This document shows, piece after piece, positions 23,697 through 35,800 of a stretch of 64,000 nucleotides of DNA. Under the pieces are notes generated by a model. It was given only the letters and a program-made list of their open reading frames with translations, searched no databases and had not been told where the DNA came from. The position numbers and the translations under genes were made by a program. The DNA is taken from positions 310,001-374,000 of the forward strand of contig OY253671.1 of assembly GCA_958009085.1 (NCBI GenBank), in the 5' to 3' direction. The stretch comes from Protoeuglena noctilucae. Taxonomy: Eukaryota. How positions within the stretch are numbered: the stretch's first letter is position 1; every line of letters begins with the position of its first letter.

Positions 23697-26677
23697 ATGG
23701 CGAGCGTGGATAGCGAGGCTCCGGGCGGCGTGACCGCGCGGCTCGGCGCTGCAGAGGCGCACATGGAGCGCGTGAGCTCGGAGCACAAGAGCCTGCAAGT
23801 CAAGCTCGAAGAGATCAAGGAGACCATGGCATTGCATTCGGACGTGTCGTCGGAGGGGCCTGCTGCTTCCACGGCGGGAGCGTTCGCTGGCGACAGGTGC
23901 CGCCCGCATGCGACGGCATGCCGTGCCCGCGCCCGCGCCCGATGCTCAGCTGAGACTGCACCCAACACGTCGGTAGACTCTTGATTCTAGAGCATGCGGA
24001 GCATGCGGTCCGACGGGTCCCACAACGTGTCTTTTGCTCACACCGCGCGTCCTGCTGGGCTGGGCTGTGGGTCCGTCGGGAGCCCCGCCCAGTCTCTTCA
24101 CCGCATCCCTTTGCTCGCAGGAGACGATCGACCTCACAAAGAACCTTCGCAGGCAACAGGAAGGCCGCATCGGGCCGCGAGGTGCGCTCGCGGTCCGCAG
24201 CAAGTCATGGCGAGGAGTCGGTCGCTGCCAACCAGGTCGCGGACGCTCTTGTCGACGACATCAGCCGGGAGATGCGGGGCACGTCTGCCGTGAGCACCGA
24301 AGGCACCGAAGCGGCGATGACCGTGCTGGACCAGCTCCTGAACGAGGTGACGCCAAACGAGATGCGCTGGCCTTCGTCGCGCCGTGCTCCTGTCGCGGCA
24401 CCCCGGCTGACGCGGAAACTTTCCGCCCCCGCAGCTGTCCGCCGGCGCGAGCCGGCCCCCGAGTCATCGCCCAGCCCCGGCCTCGGCCCCGGCCCACGCA
24501 TCGACCCCTCGGCAGGAGGTGGGGGTCCATGCGGAGAGTTCCGCGGAGATTCTGCCGACGCCGCCTCCGTCGCGGCCCCGCAGCGGCCTCGTGACGGGAG
24601 TCGCGGGCCACGACGAGGCACAGGAGGTGGAGGAGGCGATAGAGGGGAGGGACCACGAGGACGCGGGAGGGGCGGAGGAGGCAGAGGAGGGTGACGATGC
24701 TGTGGGCGCGATGCCTGCGATCCCCGCCCCGAGGCGCCGGCGGAGAGCTCCCGCGCGCCCTCCCGTGGTGCCCGGCACGCACCCGGGCATCGTGGCGGGG
24801 TCGAGCATTCGGCAGATGACGTTGTCGGAGAAGGCGCGGATGGATGCGGAGCTCCAGGCCAGCTCGCCTCCGGTCCCGACGGTGTCCGACCACCACCTGG
24901 GCACGATCCCGGAGGGGCAGAGGGAGCGGCAGGGCCCGGCGGCCAAGCCCATGGTGGGCGCCCACCCGGGGCTCGTGAGAGGGTCGAGCGTCAAGGTCAT
25001 GGGCTACAAGCCCGCGCGTGGCGCCCAGGATCCGGTACTGCGCATGGCCCAGATCGAGGAGCACTCGCTCACGCACCTGATCGATGAGGTGACGGCCGCG
25101 GAGACCTGGCGGTGTCTGCGCCCCTTTGCTCTCTGTGCTTGAAGGCATGAGGTTGCCTCCTAACGCCGCGTGGCACGCAGGAGCCACTGATGGAGGAGGC
25201 GGAGGACGGGGAGGAGGGGCGGGAAGAGGACGAGGGAGCGGCGGGTGCATGGGGGGCTGAGGGCGTGCCCGAGGAGCGGGAGCTCGACGGCCCGGAGCTC
25301 ACGATGGACGCCAGCATTGGCATCGCGTCGCGCGCCGACTCCCACGCGAGTTCGTTCCAGGGGTCCGCGGAGAACATCACACAGACGTACCGGCGCCTGA
25401 TGCAGGACCCGTCGGTGCGGCGCATGGCCGCGCTGGGCCTCATGCGGTCGCTGGGCCGACCTTTGGAGGAGCGGGTCGCCGAGGGCAAGCTCGCCAAGCT
25501 CGCGCCCCGGAGCCTGGGCCCGCTCGTGTCCCCCGGACCCGGGGCCTACGAGCTCCAGGGCCGGGGGCGCCGGGGGACCTTCCTGTCTGCCAGCTACAGC
25601 TTCGAGCGTTCCGGGCGCATCCTCGACAAGGTCCTCCACGAGCGGTGCCACTCCCCCGGGCCCGTCTACCAGCGTGCCTCGGTGGACCCCCTGGCGAAGC
25701 ACCGACGCGAGCCGCTCCGTGAGTTGAAGCGCGCCGCGGCACGCGACTCTGTCGGCAGAGGGCGAAGGACGGTGCCTGACGTGGCCTGGTGTGCCCTGAC
25801 CGCAGTGTCGTTTGGCCGGAGCGGCAAAGGCGCACGGTACGACTTCCATGCCGACATGCAGCACAACATGCCCCATTACAACCCGGGGCCGGGCAAGTAC
25901 GACCAGGCCTTGAATCGCACGGGCGCCCTCCTCATCTCCGGGCCCAAGCATTCGCTCGCACCGGTGAGTTGGCTTCCCATCCGCTGGCCGCGCTGGCCAC
26001 GCTGCCAGGGCTGGGGGTCGATGTGAGCTGCCCGCGCATCACACGCAGAGGCACCACCCCCGCGACGCGCTGGGCCCGCACCCGGTGTACGTGTCCAGGG
26101 GGCACGAAAGGGAGCGGCTTGCGATTGACTCTCCGGGCCCGGGGCGCTACGGCGTGCAGCAGGCGCCGAGGGACGCCAAATCCACGACGCTGAGCTACAC
26201 GATGCGTCCGAAGGGCACCACGCAGTTCGACTCCACGGTGAGCGGCCTGCCGTCGTGACAGCCCTGCCTCCAGGCAGTAGTTGCTCCTTTGTGAGGGTCT
26301 CGAGAGACCTCGAGGCAACCGCGGTTTGTCAATGACAGCGACCCCCCGCCACACCGCAGGTGCGGCGCATTGCGGCGTCCACGTCGTCGCGGTTCATGGA
26401 GTCAGTCCGGGACCGGTTCGGGAACCGTGGAGTGGGTGCGGGGTTGTCGCTGACGTTCCCCAGGGGGCAGCAGCGGGAGAAGCCATACGAGAACCTGTCC
26501 GCGACCGCATACAAGACGGAGGAGCACGCGCGGACCGAGCTCTACGGGCTCACAGGGCCGGGCCCCAAGTACACGCCCCAGTCCGTTGCCTTGCACGTCT
26601 CGGGCCCGGCGCTAGGCAGCGGGCAGCGAGACCGCTTCTACCACAGGTCTGGGTACCTGGGGCAGGGACGCTTGTGA
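23697..26677 (+). CDS. SHIPPO-1 (PGPGxY) repeat protein, ODF3/STPG-like, with a long low-complexity N-terminus
   Basis: Repeats SPGPGAY, SPGPVY, NPGPGKY, GPAPGVR, DSPGPGRY and GPGPKY in exons from about 25520 to 26600. The link to the 5' exons (23697 onward) is inferred from splice phases. Confidence 0.7.
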
Positions 26678-26871
26678 CCCTTGCAAGTTGAAAAGAGCAT
26701 CACATGTTGTGTGGAGCGGGGTGCAAGGCGCAGAGCCCACGCGGGCCCTAGGATCGCCATCTTATCGTGCATACATAGAAGCGCCTAGCTAGTGACGGCG
26801 AGAGGTGCAGCACATAGGCCCGCCATTGCTCGGACAGGTCGCGACTCGCCCATTTCACATTCACGCAACCC

Positions 26872-28048
26872 TCATGCCTTCCCACCACGGGACGACCCCC
26901 CCGCTGCCTGCCGGAGCTCAGCCCCGGCCTTATTCACATACACGTCCAAGTTGCGCTTGACCCCGCGCGACCCCTCGCGGTGCAAGGGCTCCTTGGGCCC
27001 TCCCACGCGCCGCTCCTCGTCCCCAGCCGGAGCAGGCGCAGGGCTGTTCACCTCCTCCTCGACCCTGCGGCGCGGGGACCCTGTCGCCGTAAGATGTCAT
27101 TCCAGCGGTGCGGCAGCGGCAGCACGCGGGCGTAGCGGTGCACCACTCGCCTCGGCGCGAAGCGAGAGCGGTTCTCGTTCCGTAGGGCTGCCGTCGCACG
27201 AGGCCCGAACTGGGGCTCTCGCGACAGCAAATTTTGCTTCGCGAGCTTTTTCAGCCTCCTTGCGCTGCGGAGAGGGGCGCGGGAGCGTCCAGTAAAGCTG
27301 CCGCATGGCGATGGGGAAGGCGCGCCAACTTCGCCCCGAAGCCCGACCGCGATCCGCTCGAAATGCCTCACCTTACTTCAATGGAGTCAACTAACGAACT
27401 GAAGGAACCCTTGAACAGGTCCTCGGGTCCCAGGGGCCCCTCCGGCTGCGGGGGGGTTCGGAGGCACAGGTGTCGCAGCGTTCGGGTGCCGGGCCCGTCC
27501 TGCACGGGGCGACCATTGCCGTTGCGACGCGCCAGTCGCACTTTTGGTTGCCAAAGCGAGGAGCGCAAGGCAGCTTGCCTCTTCAGAGACGGAACTGGAT
27601 TCGCTTTCGCTGTCCGTGTCGGCCGTCATGCGCGGCGCACCCTGCAGGGGCAGGAACCTCGGGTCGTGGGAGAAACGAATGGACCTCGGGTTTATAAGCC
27701 TCCGCCGTCCCCCGACTAGCTTCTCCCAGGCCCGAGACCGCGTTCAGGGGCCGGGCGGGGGTGGCGGCCCAGCATGGGACACTCGTCAGCGTCGCGTCGC
27801 GCAGACGGGAAGCAGGCGGCCCGGGAGGCCACGCGTGCGGCAAGATCTCAATCCCGAAAAAGTCGAGCGGCGTTGCTTTCGCGTTCACGCACCGCGGCTT
27901 CGGGGATCAGCCTCCTCCGCGCAGGCTGCTCAGGAGTTGGGCCCTCCGCCGCCGACTCCGTGGGGCTGCCGACCTCAGACGTCGGCGTCTCGTGCTCCTC
28001 CACCACCTCTGAAAATTTCACGCGCTCATGGGCGCTTGGAACCCCCAT
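26872..28048 (-). CDS. Hypothetical protein, 5-exon model, no recognisable domain
   Basis: Phase-consistent exons 28048-27893, 27641-27579, about 27446-27372, about 27264-27151 and 27064-26872 give MGVPSAHERVKFSEVVEE...DSIEVSARRLKKLAKQNLL...RVEEEVNSP...GKA*. The model needs two GC donors. Confidence 0.45.
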
Positions 28049-28482
28049 GGTCCTATCAACACGTCCGGTCGCCTGGCAGCGCTGCCAACCGAGCTTCCAG
28101 GTCGCGACGCTGACTACGATAGCAGCACGAACGGCGACAGTGGACCCAGCGGGGCGCGGGCGGTCGGTCTACGACCCTCACGACCGTTTCCGACCCCGGG
28201 ATCCCGAAAGGCCGGCCGGGACGTGTTCGGATGTGCACTTTTGCGTGTCTCCGAATCGGTGTGGGCGCGGATGGCGGAAAGCGGGATCCCGGCAGGCAAG
28301 TCTGGCAACCGCGCGCCTTGACCCCGCCCGTTAACAGCGCCTGCACCCTGCCATCGGAAGCAGACAGAGCAACGAATATCGCATCTCCGCTTCGCTCTCC
28401 ATCTCGTCGAAAGGGTAACCAGTCCCCCAACACGGGGTCCTTCGTGCATGCGAACACGTTCTGAGCCGCCGTCGCGCAGACG

Positions 28483-30795
28483 ATGGAGGTGAGAGGGGTG
28501 TGAATGTGTGGATAGACGCGAATGGGAGGCGTATGGGAGAAACGAAGCCCTTTGACCCGCGCGATAAGCCGAACGGGGTGCCTTGCCGCGCCGGGGGGCT
28601 CGCGCTTGGCTAGGGCAGGCCGCAGCCCAACACCCCGATGTTTGACAATAAACGACACTCTTCCTCAATGCGTATGCCCCGGCGACCCATCGCGACGAGC
28701 GCCCATCGCAGGGCGCGCCGGAATCGCCCGGGTTCCCGGGCCTCGTGGCAGCGCTGCGCGCCGGCCTGCCCACGGTGAACGCCTGGCCTACTACGGAGGC
28801 AAAGGAGGAAGGAGAGGCCAACTTTGACATGCTGCCAACCTCCTTCATCCCTTCCGTGAGACGCGGCCTCGGCTGTCTGTTTGCTGGCCGAGGCGGGGGA
28901 GGCTCGCGCTGCTTCTTGGCCAAAGCCAGAGGCTGGCGCCCCTCTCCAACTGCAGCTGAACAACTCCAGACGACATAACGCTGGTCAGGAAGACGATGCG
29001 GACCCGGCGTCGCGGCAGGACCCCGCGTCGATCGACCCGGCAGGGTGAGTCCCACAAGACGAGCTCCCTGCCGGCCGCGGGGCCTCCCGCCGGCCGCGGG
29101 GCTCCCCGGCCCGCATTTTCTCAATCTTCTCGCGACGCAGACTGGGTCCGGGCGGCATTTTTGAAGGGCTGGACGCTTTGGACAGCCAAACCATGCAGGA
29201 TCTGCTGAGCCTGGGCGACAGCTACAACTTTGCAGGTGGATGCATGAGTGCCGCGCCGCACTCGCCGCACCGCGCTCCCCCCGGACAATGTCGCCCACAT
29301 GTGGCGACGCGTACTTTTCTTCCTCCTCTCAGGAAACCCAGGCGACTTGGGCCTGGCGATGGCAACGTGGCCGGGCATCGAGCGCCGGGAGTTTCCCCAA
29401 GAAGCTGCGCCCCCGGGGCCCCACCGCAGGCGAGTGCCGTCACCATGGCCGCCATCCCGGTCGCGCCCAGTCACGTGCCAGCACCTCACCCGCGCCCGGC
29501 CCCGCGCCCTCCCCCGCAGGGAGAGCTGCGAGAGCAACCCCGTGCCGGTGCCCATACCCACGTCAAGTTCTGGGCACCCGGCTCCCTCGCACCCGGCCGT
29601 AAACTTCGCACCACTGCCCGGGGACGCTTCCGCCGTCCCCGCTGGGTGGCCCAACCTTCTCCCCTCCCTGTCAGCCTCGGCGGCTGGCATCGCCCGGCTG
29701 TTCCCTTCAAGGCTCTCGATTGACCTCCCCGGAACGCCTGGCTCCGCGCCGGGTGCCCTGCACGGCATGTCGACGTCTCCCGCCCCCGGGCTCCCGTCGT
29801 CGGTCTCGGGGGGCCTCGGCGCCCTCGACGGTCCCCTCGCGTCGCTCCCGTCGTCCCGGGGCAACTCGCTCGCTTCGCCGCGCCCCAACTCCCAGGCGTC
29901 GTCTTTCGAGATCTCCGGGGGACCCGGCGGCATCGCCCCAGGCTTGTCGGCGCCCGCGCACCGACGGTCGAGGTCGAGCGGGGTGGGCAGCACCGGGGTG
30001 TCGGCGGCCGTGACCAAGCCACCGCGGAGGGCCAGCCACACGCGCACGGCCAGCACGCCGGGGATATCGATCGCTGAGCAAGGCCTCGCGCTGCCCCTGC
30101 CCCTGGGACTCTCCGAGGAGGACCTCACAGCCCTCTACCCGTCCCTGCGAGACGCAAACCGCAACCGCGGGGGCAGGAGGGTCGCGGCGGACCCCAGGTG
30201 AGACGGAGCGGGCCAGACACTGGCGACCCTTCGCTTGTCGTTGCGTCTGGTGTCGCCACAAGCGCTATGCTTTGGCCCATACCCTCAGGCTCGACCCCAA
30301 CATCTCCCCGAAGCGCGCGGCGCGCATTTTGGCCAACAGGATTTCCGCGGCCAAGAGCAAGAACAAGAAGCGGGAGATGCAAGCGCAGATGCAGGCCAGG
30401 TGCCCGACCTTGCTCTCTCGTCCGCTTGGCTCGCCAGTCCGCGCCTGGCGCTTCCGGCGAGACGCAGAGATGGTGTGCGGGCTGCGCCGCAGGCTGAACA
30501 AGATGCGGCAGGTCGCGGAGGTGATGCGAGCGGAGCACACGACGCTCGTGACGGGCATCCTGGGCCTGGAGGCGGAATACCAGCAGCTGGAGGGGCTGAT
30601 TGCCCAGCTGCAGCTGCAGAGCACGCAGCTGGACGCGAAGAAGCAGCAGCTCGAGGCGAGGGGCGATGCTGGCGCGCATGGCTCGTCTTGGGGAGCCCTT
30701 GACTCGGGAAGGTGCGTGACACTGAGCGTAGCCCTCGGCCGCAGGCGGACCTGGTCAAAGCCAGCCAGCAGTACGTGTCGTCCTCTTCGGCGTAA
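28483..30795 (+). CDS. bZIP transcription factor (basic region resembles plant group I/E, VIP1/RF2a type)
   Basis: DPNISPKRAARILANRISAAKSKNKK (about 30293-30370) followed by a heptad leucine zipper. Upstream Ser/Pro-rich exons are phase-consistent back to ATGGAG|gtgaga at 28483. Confidence 0.85.
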
Positions 30796-31107
30796 ACATC
30801 ACGCGGCGCAGCCGCAAGGGCCCCAGAGTCTCATTTGACATGCGACGTGTGACTGTCGTCGCTGACGAGTGTTTGTTTCCACGTGAGCCGGCCGAGCGGG
30901 TGGCTCAGCAAGACTTCAAAAAGCACGATAGTTGAGCTTCAGCTAGCCTGCCTCCCCTGTAGCGCAGCGTAGACCCTGCAGTACTCCTGCCGCATGACGT
31001 TGGCCTCAGTAGCCTGTGCATGGGCACATGACGGGCATGTGTGCGTTCCTTAGATACTCAGCTGGATTGTAAAGGTAGTAGTGTGTGTGCTGGCAATGTG
31101 AAGAGAT

Positions 31108-32254
31108 TTAAGAGGCCGCAGAGAGCCTCTGCTCGCGCAGCAGAACCTCGTCGGAAAACGCGATGAGGATGGTCGTGCGTGGCTTGGGCTGACCCTCCAC
31201 GGGCACTGCGACCACGCAGAGAGACGAGAACGTCCCGCGTTCACATATGAGCAGCGCATGGCAAAGGAGCGGAGATCCAGGGTCAGACGGGGCGTAGAAA
31301 GCACGGGCAGGTTGAGACTCCAACGGGCGTCGGGTGACGAGACCATTAAGCGCCGCCCTCACCCAAGTGTGCCGTCACAGTGGCGGGGAAGCCCGCCGCG
31401 TCGAGCACGCCCCGCACCACTCCCGCCATGAACGCCGCGGGAGTGAAGCTCCCCATTTCCTTGGGCACTGAGACGTACTGCGAGCGAAGGGGACGTGAAT
31501 GCATGTGTCCCTGTGAGAGAGTGCATGTGAGATGTCTCGCATGGGACCCAGAGGGAATGCAAGCGGGCCGAGAAGACACCGGGACCAGCGTTTGCGCCGC
31601 TGCTTGCCTTGGTGAGCGCCAGGCTTGTGTCGTTGATCATGTACTCGTTGTCGCCCTCCGTGCCCTTCTCAATGGAGTCCGCGCGCCGCCCAAACATGCA
31701 GGCCCAGATGTGCGTGTGCACGAACTGCAGGATACCCAAAATTCGCGTCTCGCGGTTGCTCTTGCGGTCTCTGCAGCGAGGGCAGGGGCAGCGATGCGTT
31801 GCTCGTGAGGAGCCTCAGCGTCTGCTGCGTCTCCTGGTCTTCCCATCTCCCACCTGTACCCCACCAGCTCGAGCAAACGCACTCCGACGGGGTAACCCAT
31901 ATCAGAGAGACGGTCTTCCAGCTCTGTTAGAGAAAGAACCGGGGCTCAGTGGACGGGCTCGTCGGAGCAAGCTGCACAGGCAGGCATGCAGCGCTAGCTC
32001 CCGCACCTGATGCGCTTTGGACGCCTTCTTTGCAGTACGAGATGATCTCGGACAACAGATAGGCGACGGCACTCAGGCTCACCATCGCCTTCCCCTGCGT
32101 ATGCCGGAGCGGCGCCGACGTCACGCCTGAAGCCTTTCCCAGTCGCCTCCGCGAAGTATCGATGCCAACTCGCCTTTGGAACCGGCCTGTCTAAGATTTG
32201 CATGTGCTGAACCGGGGCCGGCCCAGCTGTGTCCTTCCGCAGCGCGAACGCCAT
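31108..32254 (-). CDS. TRAPPC5: Trafficking protein particle complex subunit 5 (Trs31)
   Basis: ILDRPVPK|GKAMVSLSAVAYLLSEIISYC, ELEDRLSDMGYPVGVRLLEL, RETRILGILQFVHTHIW, FGRRADSIEK, EYMIND, YVSVPKEMGSFTPAAFMAGVVRGVL, FPATVTAH, PRTTILI. Six exons, two GC-AG introns. Confidence 0.95.
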
Positions 32255-32836
32255 GCTCCCGAGAGAGCTCGCGGCCCGAGGGGCTCCTTCCCCGACCTTC
32301 TGGGCTTCCTCTGCACCGCCAAGTCCGAGCACGCGCCGGGTTTCGCCGCAGTGGTGCGTGCGTCGCTAGCACGACGACCCCGTGCCACGACGACCCCGTA
32401 CCACGACCCCGTGCTCGGCCAAAGCAAAAGCAACGCTTGAACTTCCTCAGAAGGGCATAATATGTGATTGAAAGCAGATCGGGGAGTCAAATGCGCGCGT
32501 GGGTGGCCTTGAGGAGCCGGATAGGTCGCTGCGTCAGGTCAGACGCTGCGCCAGGACAAGTTCCTTGCAACTAGGGCCTCTCCGGCCTCGCCGAGGGCTA
32601 GAACGAGAGTGACTCTGGCCTGGCAGCGAGCGACAAGCGCTTATATCGGCGCCCATGCGCGGCCACGCCATGGCAGTCACGGACGCACGCGCTGAGCATG
32701 CCCGGCGCCCCGCTTGGCGACGCTTCGGCGCGCGTATGTCAAACAGCACCTTGCTACAAATCTGACGTGGGAAGCGGCCGGTTGTCACCTCACCCGCAAC
32801 CCCAGGGCTTGGGGAAGGGCATCGGAAGGGTCGACG

Positions 32837-35800
32837 ATGCCTGAGCCATCCGCGGGGCCTGGAGGCTCCCCCGAGCCTGCAAACGTCTTTCTCGTCCGCA
32901 TCGTCGCCATCGACTATGTGCTGACGAAGCCAATTCCCGGAGTCGACTTCGTCTGCTCGCCCTTCTTGGGGGACGTCCTGCCACGCGTCCCAGTGGTGCG
33001 CATCTTCGGTTCCACGCCTTCGGGGCAAAAAGGCGAGTTGATTGATTGTTATTTGATCCAACGGCGTCGCCGCTGACCCCGATAAGTGCCTGGTCACGGA
33101 TGTTGAGCTGCCCAGGCTGCGCCCTAACCCATCGTGGCGCGCGACGTGACGCCCGGACGCCCCTGCATCGCAGCTTGCGTCCACGTCCATCGGGTTTTTC
33201 CGTTCCTCTACGTCCCGTACGACCCCGACCTCCCGCGGGACCCCAAGGGCGCCGCCAGCTTCTTGCAAGCCCTTGTCGCTGGCATCAACCGCATCCTGGC
33301 GCCGACTGGCAGCCATGGCGCCCAGCCGCAGCAGGCGACTCCCAAGCCGACCGTCCGCGGCGTCGGTTCGTTCAACCCGGAGGGCGCGGCGGGGTCGCGG
33401 GGCGGAGGACGGGGTGGCCCGAGCGCACCCATCCAGCCAGGCGAGACACGGCCCACGCTGCACCACATTCCTTTTATTGCAGTACCCCACCCATCCCCTG
33501 CGATCTCACCTCCTGTTCCGCCTCCTCGCAGCCAAGCCGCCCTCACCGCCCCCCGCCGACGTCGATGCCGAGGGCGGGAAGTCGGGGCCGGGACCCCCTG
33601 CCCAGACGTCGGTCTTCAATGCGGTGCTGGTGCGAGCGAGGAAGTTTTACGGATTCCATGAGCAAGATTCCATGTTCATCAAGATATCTCTTCTCAACCC
33701 CGGCCTATTGTCCAGGTGAGGTTGCGTGCTGAGGGATGGCGGGAGCGGACCCAATGTCACCCTGCCCAAGGCAGGCCCCTTGTGGGTGGAAACCGGCACA
33801 TGCGCTGCGTCGAAGCAAGGGTAGTGGGTAGTGTGCGGCTGCTTTGCTGAAGCCCAGGCGACGTGACATGTGATGCGATGACATTGGGTCCAACTTGCGC
33901 CTGCAGGGTCGCCTCACTGCTGCAGGGCGGGGCGGTCCTGGGCCGCTGCTTTCAGCCCTACGAGGCCCACATTCCATTCTTGCTCCAGTTTAAAGTCACC
34001 CTGAATCTATACGGCATGGATTGGCTCAGACTTGGGAAAGTGCTCTTCCGCCACCCCCTGCCACCCGCACCCCTCGCCACTCGACACGAGGTGAGCCGGT
34101 CTGGGCCGGTCTGCTCGCCTGCGCCCGCGCGTGCCGCCCTACATCGCCGTCGGATCATGCGCCGCTGCGCTGCGAGGCGACGCGCATGACGCGTCCGTGC
34201 TAGTGCTGATATGCCAGAGCGATATTAGAACTTGACGGCCCAAGGTAACACCATCGCAACCCCTCTCCCGGCACCCACCCTCGCAGCACCTGACTGGCCT
34301 CGGGGGCGCCCTGACTCAGGCCCTGACGCAGGGGTCGCTGCCAGTGCGGCCCCATGCGTCCCAGGGCGGGGCCTCCCACGGGGCCACCCCAGGCCCCGCG
34401 CAGGCGCCGCCCGCGTGGACGGAGACCACCGCGCCGTCGTCCTGGCAGTGGCTGGGCTCCCGCGACGCCCCTGCCCGAGAGAGCACGTGCGAGCTAGAGT
34501 GCGACGCGTTAGCAGACGACGTCCTCAACGCGGCCGACACGGTGCGCGCCGACATCCAGCTGTGCTCCGATGCAGACCGCCTCGTCGAGTCCCTTTTACC
34601 GATGTGGGAGCAAGAGGCCCAACGGCTGGGCCACCCGCCCCCAACCCCGCCACCCGACCCTCCGCGCTCACCTGTGCCGTTAGGCGCGCACCAGGAGACC
34701 GTCCGGGGCGTCTTTGCGTCTCTGAATGACCTCTACCGCCGCGACTACCCCCATTTGTTCACGGAAGGCGCGGGTGCGGCTGATGAAGGTCGGACGGAGG
34801 ATGCGGTGCGTGGGGGCGAGATGCACGGGGCCCGAGGTGGGGCGGACCTCCCGTCGGCTCGGCGCCGGACCCAACGCGGCGCGGGGGGTGGTGGGGGAGC
34901 CGGGGGCGCAGGTGGCAGGGGCGCGGAGGCAGGGTCGGCGGGTGGCGAAGGGGCTGAGGGCGAGGGTAGTGGGTTTGCGTTTGCAACGATGGGCTCTGCA
35001 CCTGGGGATGTTGACGGGGCGGGGGATGACCTGCGCTGCATGACTCAGGCGGCCAACGAGGCTAGGCTTGAGGAGCAGGGGAGCCTGCAGCTGTTGAGCG
35101 GTGTGTTGCGGGACGGAGCGGGCGCGATTGAGGACTCCCCGGCCTTGGCGGCGGGAGACGGGGGGCACGGCGCTGGAAGGCGTGCTGTGGAGGACGTGGG
35201 AGAGGGGCGCAGGACAGGAATTGTGGAGATGGAGTTAGGCAGCCCGGCGGACGAGCGCGGTGCAGCGGAGCCGTCCCTTCCCAGCCAGGTGTGCAGTGAT
35301 GGAGGGGCGAGGGAGTAGTTATGGACGCGACTTGTGACCTGTGAGAAGGGTTGGTTAGTTCACAATTGTAACTGCGCGAGGTGGGTTGTCAGCGACAGGT
35401 GTCGTGTCACTATGCGGCACAGGGCTCTTTGACGGCAGCGGCCGAGGCGGCAGCGGCGGACGAGGAGCTGGCAAACGTGCTGCAGTGGTGGGAGCAAGCG
35501 GAGGAACGTGCTGTCGACGAGCACGCCCGGGAAGCCAGGGACGCCGGGGGGACGCAGGTGAGGGTCCTGTTGCGATTGTTGGTATCAATGAACCCAGAGG
35601 TGTGATGGGTGTGACTGAGACCCGAGCAGGAGGCGATGAGACGCCTCCCACGTCGCTGACCGGCCCAGGACGATCCCATCTTATCCGCGGCCGAGGCGTC
35701 GCTGGCTTCCCTGAGTCAGGCGGCGCGCGCCACAGACAACGAGACCCCAGCCGGCCCTCGCCAGCGCGGGGCGAGCGAGCCGACCGCCCCGGGGTTGGAA

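Noticed and set aside
27097..27099. In-frame TGA followed by more open frame, suggesting readthrough or selenocysteine
   Set aside because: It falls inside an 86-nt GC-AG intron (27150-27065) in the better gene model.
32370..32414. CACGACGACCCCGT repeats as a CRISPR-like or iteron array
   Set aside because: Only about three adjacent degenerate copies with no spacers, in a eukaryotic promoter region. Simple slippage explains it.
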